A DNA stretch of 62,644 nt, filler included. It is 5 parts of 5 records of this genome, joined end to end, with 100 filler letters (N's around TTAATTAATTAA, not from the genome) between each part and the next. Parts side by side here need not be neighbours in the genome. Positions count along the whole stretch, not along the records: positions 58,113 to 62,644 come from SRR20825010_1561; 4 more parts are not named here. One strand, written 5' to 3'. Under the pieces are notes generated by a model. The model was not told where the DNA came from, ran no database searches, and saw only the letters and a program-made list of their open reading frames with translations. How positions within the stretch are numbered: position 1 is the first letter of the stretch; each line of letters starts with the position of its first letter. Of the stretch, positions 58,401 through 62,644 are shown piece after piece. A program made the translations under genes and the position numbers.

Positions 58401-60173
58401 TTACTGTGCGCTGCGGGCGTACAAAAAGAAAAACTCGTGGCGATCCGAATTGCGATTGCCGGTCCAGATCAAGTCCCAGCGTTCGGATGCTTTTGATTCA
58501 AAGTCAGTTTTGATTTTCAGGTTTTGACGTGTGTCGTCCTGCAGCAACAGGAACCTGCATTCAGGCGCTTCCTTAAACTGGGTTTTGCGAACGAAGCCAA
58601 CATTGGCGTGGTACTGCAAAGTGGCCCGTTGTGCATAGCCCAGGTTGTAGTCTGTTACGCATTGCGAACCTGCGGCGGCTTGGTGCTTGTTGACAGCCAG
58701 CGTGATTGAGTCGCCCAATGACTTAAAGCTTTTGGCGTAGTCGATTCGGGGAATCCACAGTGTCATCATCAGTAGCCACAAAAGAATAACGCCACCTGTG
58801 GACAGCACCATGGGGCGCCACAGGGCACGGCTGCCTGAAGCTGTTCGCCAAATGATCAGCCGTACCCATGCAAAACTAGCCAGCAGGGCCAAGGCCAGTT
58901 CCAGGCCGATTACATCGGGTACGTAGCCTGGCGACAGTTTTTCGAAGTTGGCGGCAATCTTCGCCGGGAAGCCGAATGTGGCAGCAGTCCAGCCCAGCCA
59001 CACCAACACTGCGGCAAAGGTAAACCACAATACAGCGAACCAGTCGATCAGGCTGATCAGCCCGCGCTTCATGGTAGAAAGTCCAATGGCGGCCAGTACT
59101 GACAAGGGTGCCAGCAACGGAAAGTAGTTGGCCTCGTCGGCAGGGTTGGTAATCAACAAAACCACCACACCGGCCACTGCACCAGCAAGCGGAATTCGTA
59201 TGGCAGGCTCACTCAAGGCCTTGCGATAGCGCCACAGAGTCCAGCATGTCATGGGCAAAACTGGCCACAAGAACCATGACAATGTTTTCAGGGTGACCAC
59301 CAAAGCGGGCAAGTCAAATGATTTGGTTGGGTCCAGAATCAGGAAACGGCGCACATTCCATTCATTCCAGGCATGCCACCACTGCTCACCATTTTTCTGG
59401 CTCATCAGCCAGAAGAACCAGATGGCAAGGGGAATGCCGAATACCAGGGCTGCGCGAGCCATTCTGCGCAACAGGCCAAACCGCAGTGAACTGTGGGTGG
59501 TCGAGCTAAGCAGCAACAAGAGCAAAAATGGCAGCCAGTGCGCCCAGCCGCGGGCAAAAAACGCAATGGTGATGCCCACGCCCAGCATCCACCCTGCGCC
59601 AATGGGGCGGTCCAGGGAACGCACGGCGCCCAGCAGCATGATGGAAATGCCCGCCAGTTCAGCTATTTCAGGCACTTGCATGTGCGAACGCACCAACAGG
59701 CCCAATGTGCCCAAAAAGCAAAGTACGGAGGCATCGGCCACCGCGCGCGCGTAATCTACCCTTGTGGGTGCAGTGCCAAGGGGGTCTTCGGGTTGTAGTT
59801 CAACCCGTTTGGCCAAGCGGTAGGTGGTGTTCCAGATTGCCCAGCCCGCAAGTATCATCCAGAACACATTGCCCAGACGCATCGCGTCGTCGAGCCAGTT
59901 GTGCGGTAGATCGATAGCCAGCGCGAATTTGCCTAGAAGGCCGGCCAGCCAGGCCGACAACAAGCCACCTTCAACGTACAGGCGATCGCCGATCGACGAC
60001 AGTGCCCATTGCGAAAATGGCAGATGCGACAAGGTGAAGCTTTGCCCGAAACCTGCTGCGTCGTCGGGTTTCCAGGGGGTGCGCGCAAACAAGCCCGGCA
60101 GAATGTAGAGCAAAATCAAGCCCCACAGAAGCCTGCGTGACAAGCGGGTGTTATTGGCTGCGGTGATGACCAT
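58401..60173 (-). CDS. ArnT/PMT-like (GT-C fold) membrane glycosyltransferase
   Basis: PWKPDDAAGFG, many TM helices, WFLWP, IDYAKSF; typical neighbour of rpmE2 in Burkholderiales. Confidence 0.75.
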   Translation of the reverse strand: MVITAANNTRLSRRLLWGLILLYILPGLFARTPWKPDDAAGFGQSFTLSHLPFSQWALSSIGDRLYVEGGLLSAWLAGLLGKFALAIDLPHNWLDDAMRLGNVFWMILAGWAIWNTTYRLAKRVELQPEDPLGTAPTRVDYARAVADASVLCFLGTLGLLVRSHMQVPEIAELAGISIMLLGAVRSLDRPIGAGWMLGVGITIAFFARGWAHWLPFLLLLLLSSTTHSSLRFGLLRRMARAALVFGIPLAIWFFWLMSQKNGEQWWHAWNEWNVRRFLILDPTKSFDLPALVVTLKTLSWFLWPVLPMTCWTLWRYRKALSEPAIRIPLAGAVAGVVVLLITNPADEANYFPLLAPLSVLAAIGLSTMKRGLISLIDWFAVLWFTFAAVLVWLGWTAATFGFPAKIAANFEKLSPGYVPDVIGLELALALLASFAWVRLIIWRTASGSRALWRPMVLSTGGVILLWLLMMTLWIPRIDYAKSFKSLGDSITLAVNKHQAAAGSQCVTDYNLGYAQRATLQYHANVGFVRKTQFKEAPECRFLLLQDDTRQNLKIKTDFESKASERWDLIWTGNRNSDRHEFFFLYARSAQ

Positions 60174-60197
60174 ATTCTTATTGTGTCCGGAAAAACA

Positions 60198-60227
60198 AAA
60201 GGCAGCCAGTTTTACTGAGCTGCCTTT
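60198..60227 (-). terminator. Intrinsic terminator after rpmE2
   Basis: AAAGGCAGC-CAGT...ACTG-A-GCTGCCTTT, with a T-run on the minus strand. Confidence 0.75.
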
Positions 60228-60249
60228 GCATGATCACTGACGCAAGAAA

Positions 60250-60501
60250 TTACTTCTTGAAGCGATCGAACCTGCGGCGGAATTTCTCAACCCGACCAGC
60301 GGTATCCACGATGGTGTTTTGGGCACCAGTGTAGAAGGGGTGTGATTCAGAGCTGACGTCCAGCTTGATCATTGGGTACTGCTTGCCTTCATGCTCACCG
60401 TTTTCGCGGCTAGGCGCAGTAGAGCGGCAAATGAATTTGAAGCCGTTGGACATGTCCACGAACAACACTTCGCGGTAATTTGGGTGAATGCCATCTTTCA
60501 T
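60250..60501 (-). CDS. rpmE2: 50S ribosomal protein L31 type B
   Basis: [34 protein letters not shown]; no CxxC zinc motifs. Confidence 0.95.
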   Translation of the reverse strand: MKDGIHPNYREVLFVDMSNGFKFICRSTAPSRENGEHEGKQYPMIKLDVSSESHPFYTGAQNTIVDTAGRVEKFRRRFDRFKK

Positions 60502-60593
60502 AAGATTCTCCGTTGCAGCCAACCCGGCGGTTGATTGGTCAAGTAGCCAATCGACAAAACCGAATCACTTGCTGGTTAATTAGGTAACCGCAA

Positions 60594-60622
60594 ATTATAG
60601 GTTTGCAAGCACGAGGGGTCAA
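60594..60622 (-). promoter_or_regulatory. Sigma70 promoter of rpmE2
   Basis: Minus strand TTGACC-N17-TATAAT. Confidence 0.8.
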
Positions 60623-60754
60623 GTAAAAATTATTTTGCCCTGTATTGGTGCAAATTATCCCCCGATGGGGCTGATTCACTATTTCAGGGGGCGTTTATGA
60701 CGTGTAACAAATGCAGGATGAACAGTGTCAACACCATAAAAAGTTTTTAAAGCC

Positions 60755-62422
60755 ATGAAAAAACAATTCACCTTAGTCCAAAAAGCCCTGGGTATCTGCG
60801 CAATCGTGTCGATCATTGTCGTGACATGTATTGTTTGGGTTACTTTTCAGATGAACGGTTTGCTCAAGCTCGAAACGACGGGCACGGCAAAAATTATTCA
60901 GGAAAACGAAGTGAGCCGCTTGATTGCCCAGGCCAATCACCACACCACCAAAATGGCCTCGTCTTTTAAAAACGTTCTTTTGCGGGGTGAGGGCGAAGGC
61001 GCTGCGACAAAATACAAAAAAGAATTCAACAAGTTTATCCAGCAGTTCGAGCAAACCACCGCCGAGTTGTTGGTGGTGCCGGTAATTGCTGCGGATCCTG
61101 ATCGGATCAAAAGCATCGAGGCCTGGAAAAGCGATTTTTCTGCAGCCTCATCGGCGTATGGAAAGGCCTTGGATGCCTATGATCCCAGCATTCCATTTCA
61201 GTACAGGGAATTGGACAAATCAGTCAACGGCATCGACCGGCCCGTTGTGAAAACGGGCCTGGCCATTGAAGAACAGGGTTTGGTGACGCAGGGCGAGGCG
61301 ATTGAGCGACTGATTGCTGACACGCAAACCGGAACGCAGCAGGTATTGGTGACCCTTTACGCAGGCATGGCAGTAACCTTGGTGTTGCTGTGTCTGTGTT
61401 TGATTGGGTACGCCCGTTCCGTGAAGCAAAGCCTGGGTGCTGAACCTGCTGCCTTGGCTGAGCGGGCCGCCAAAATTGCCTCCGGCAATTTGTTGGGTAG
61501 CGATGTGCTTTCAAAAACAACAGATTCAAACAGTGTTTTAGCCGCATTTGAGCAAATGCGAGTCGGTTTGTTGGCGCTGGTCACCGACATTCGCTTGCGC
61601 ACAACTTCTGCAGAGGTAACCCTGGACAGTATTCGAAAGCAATTGGGTGTGGTGGATGAGTCTGCGATTGCCCAGTCTGGCTCCAGTGCGCAAATGGCTA
61701 CCAGTATTGAAGAAATGTCGGCAAATATTGTGCAGTTGTTTGATGTGGCAGAACAAACCAAGCTGGCAGCAGAGGGTTCAAGTGCCGAGTCGGAATCTGG
61801 CTTGGCATTGGTTGAGAGTACATCGGAGGACGTTGAGAAAACAGCGCACGGAGCTGAACAGCTGAGTCGGACAGTTCATGAGTTGGGTGCTCAGTCTGAT
61901 CAGATCAGCCAGATTATTTCCGTGATTGAGGAAATTGCCGGGCAAACAAACTTGTTGGCCTTGAACGCTGCAATTGAGGCCGCTCGTGCAGGTGAACAGG
62001 GACGTGGGTTCGCCGTGGTGGCCGACGAGGTTCGACGGCTGGCTGAACGCACAACGCAATCCACCTCTGAAATTGAACAGATGGTCGGTGCAATTCAGAA
62101 GGGTACTCAAAATGTGGTGTCCGAGATGACAGGATGGGCCGCAACTGTTAGTTCAAGCCTGGGACGCATGGGCCAAACCCGTGATTTGATGGGTGCGATC
62201 AGGCAGCGTGCGGGTGATGTCAAAGTGATGGCTTCCGAGGTGACGAATTCTTTGTCTGAACAACGTTCAGCGGCAAATCATCTTTCTGGGCAAATTGAGA
62301 AGTACGCTGCCATGTCGGAGGAAAATGCGAACTGTGTCGGGGAGATTCGCAAGTCGCTGCTTGATCTGACGGGCGCATTCTCGCAGCTGAATGCGCAATG
62401 TGAGAAATTCAAAGTGGCTTGA
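60755..62422 (+). CDS. Methyl-accepting chemotaxis protein
   Basis: Two TM helices, periplasmic helical domain, LGAEP HAMP-like segment, [34 protein letters not shown]. Confidence 0.96.
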   Translation: MKKQFTLVQKALGICAIVSIIVVTCIVWVTFQMNGLLKLETTGTAKIIQENEVSRLIAQANHHTTKMASSFKNVLLRGEGEGAATKYKKEFNKFIQQFEQTTAELLVVPVIAADPDRIKSIEAWKSDFSAASSAYGKALDAYDPSIPFQYRELDKSVNGIDRPVVKTGLAIEEQGLVTQGEAIERLIADTQTGTQQVLVTLYAGMAVTLVLLCLCLIGYARSVKQSLGAEPAALAERAAKIASGNLLGSDVLSKTTDSNSVLAAFEQMRVGLLALVTDIRLRTTSAEVTLDSIRKQLGVVDESAIAQSGSSAQMATSIEEMSANIVQLFDVAEQTKLAAEGSSAESESGLALVESTSEDVEKTAHGAEQLSRTVHELGAQSDQISQIISVIEEIAGQTNLLALNAAIEAARAGEQGRGFAVVADEVRRLAERTTQSTSEIEQMVGAIQKGTQNVVSEMTGWAATVSSSLGRMGQTRDLMGAIRQRAGDVKVMASEVTNSLSEQRSAANHLSGQIEKYAAMSEENANCVGEIRKSLLDLTGAFSQLNAQCEKFKVA

Positions 62423-62435
62423 ATGACTTGATAAA

Positions 62436-62473
62436 AAAACCGCTGGCGTGGTTTGCACCAGGCCAGCGGTTTT
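62436..62473. terminator. Bidirectional terminator between the MCP gene and groEL
   Basis: AAAACCGCTGGC...GCCAGCGGTTTT. Confidence 0.85.
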
Positions 62474-62503
62474 GTTGCAAGCAGTAAAGCTTGGCAAAGG
62501 CAA

Positions 62504-62644
62504 TTACATGCCCATGCCGCCCATACCACCCATTCCGCCCATGCCACCCATATCAGGTGCTGAAGGCTTGTCTTCGGCTGCATCGGCCACCATGCAATCG
62601 GTGGTCAACATCAGTGAAGCGATGGAAGCTGCATTTTGCAATGC
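62504..62644 (-). CDS. groEL: Chaperonin GroEL, C-terminal end
   Basis: [19 protein letters not shown]...[16 protein letters not shown]; not in the ORF track in this frame. Confidence 0.97.
   Translation of the reverse strand, partial: ALQNAASIASLMLTTDCMVADAAEDKPSAPDMGGMGGMGGMGGMGM

Noticed and set aside
62278-62583. 101-aa minus-strand ORF with WVAWAEW repeats
   Set aside because: Wrong-frame reading of the GroEL GGM tail.
1-62644. CRISPR array, transposase, integrase, reverse transcriptase or prophage
   Set aside because: No regularly spaced repeat-spacer array and no ORF with such motifs was seen in any of the five contigs.

Overview
The window is not one locus. It is five unrelated contigs joined by 100-nt artificial spacers (N-run + TTAATTAATTAA + N-run) at 14043-14142, 19690-19789, 33557-33656 and 58013-58112. 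(1) 1-14042 is AT-rich and Flavobacteriaceae-like: start of a bS22-like small protein, HU, mutY, ssb, gldE, gldD, an apparent insert bracketed by a duplicated gldD 3' end, and a putative metal-uptake operon (OM barrel, TonB-dependent receptor, PepSY, Met/His lipoprotein). (2) 14143-19689 is a GC-rich alphaproteobacterium: FadR/GntR regulator, PLP trans-sulfuration-family enzyme and a CUT1 sugar-type ABC transporter. (3) 19790-33556 is an alphaproteobacterium: partial tRNA-Ser, serine hydrolase with a membrane-bound LytTR regulator, an EPS export module (OM barrel, Wza-like, Wzc, PPP phosphatase) and an abm-like aryl-CoA cluster. (4) 33657-58012 is Cytophagales-like: KAP NTPase tail, EF-hand protein, two LytS/LytTR systems, DUF4270-like/Kelch/OM-barrel operon, nfuA, FKBP, yiaA/TetR, an excisionase-HTH/PIN pair and a 2734-aa T9SS LamG protein. 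(5) 58113-62644 is a betaproteobacterium: orn, ArnT-like transferase, rpmE2, an MCP and the end of groEL. Taxonomic labels are inferences from composition and gene style. No CRISPR array, integrase or transposase was seen. The best leads are the gldD 3'-end duplication, an in-frame amber split gene, a candidate attenuator with LytTR boxes upstream of the DUF4270/Kelch operon, and a one-component membrane LytTR-hydrolase pair.
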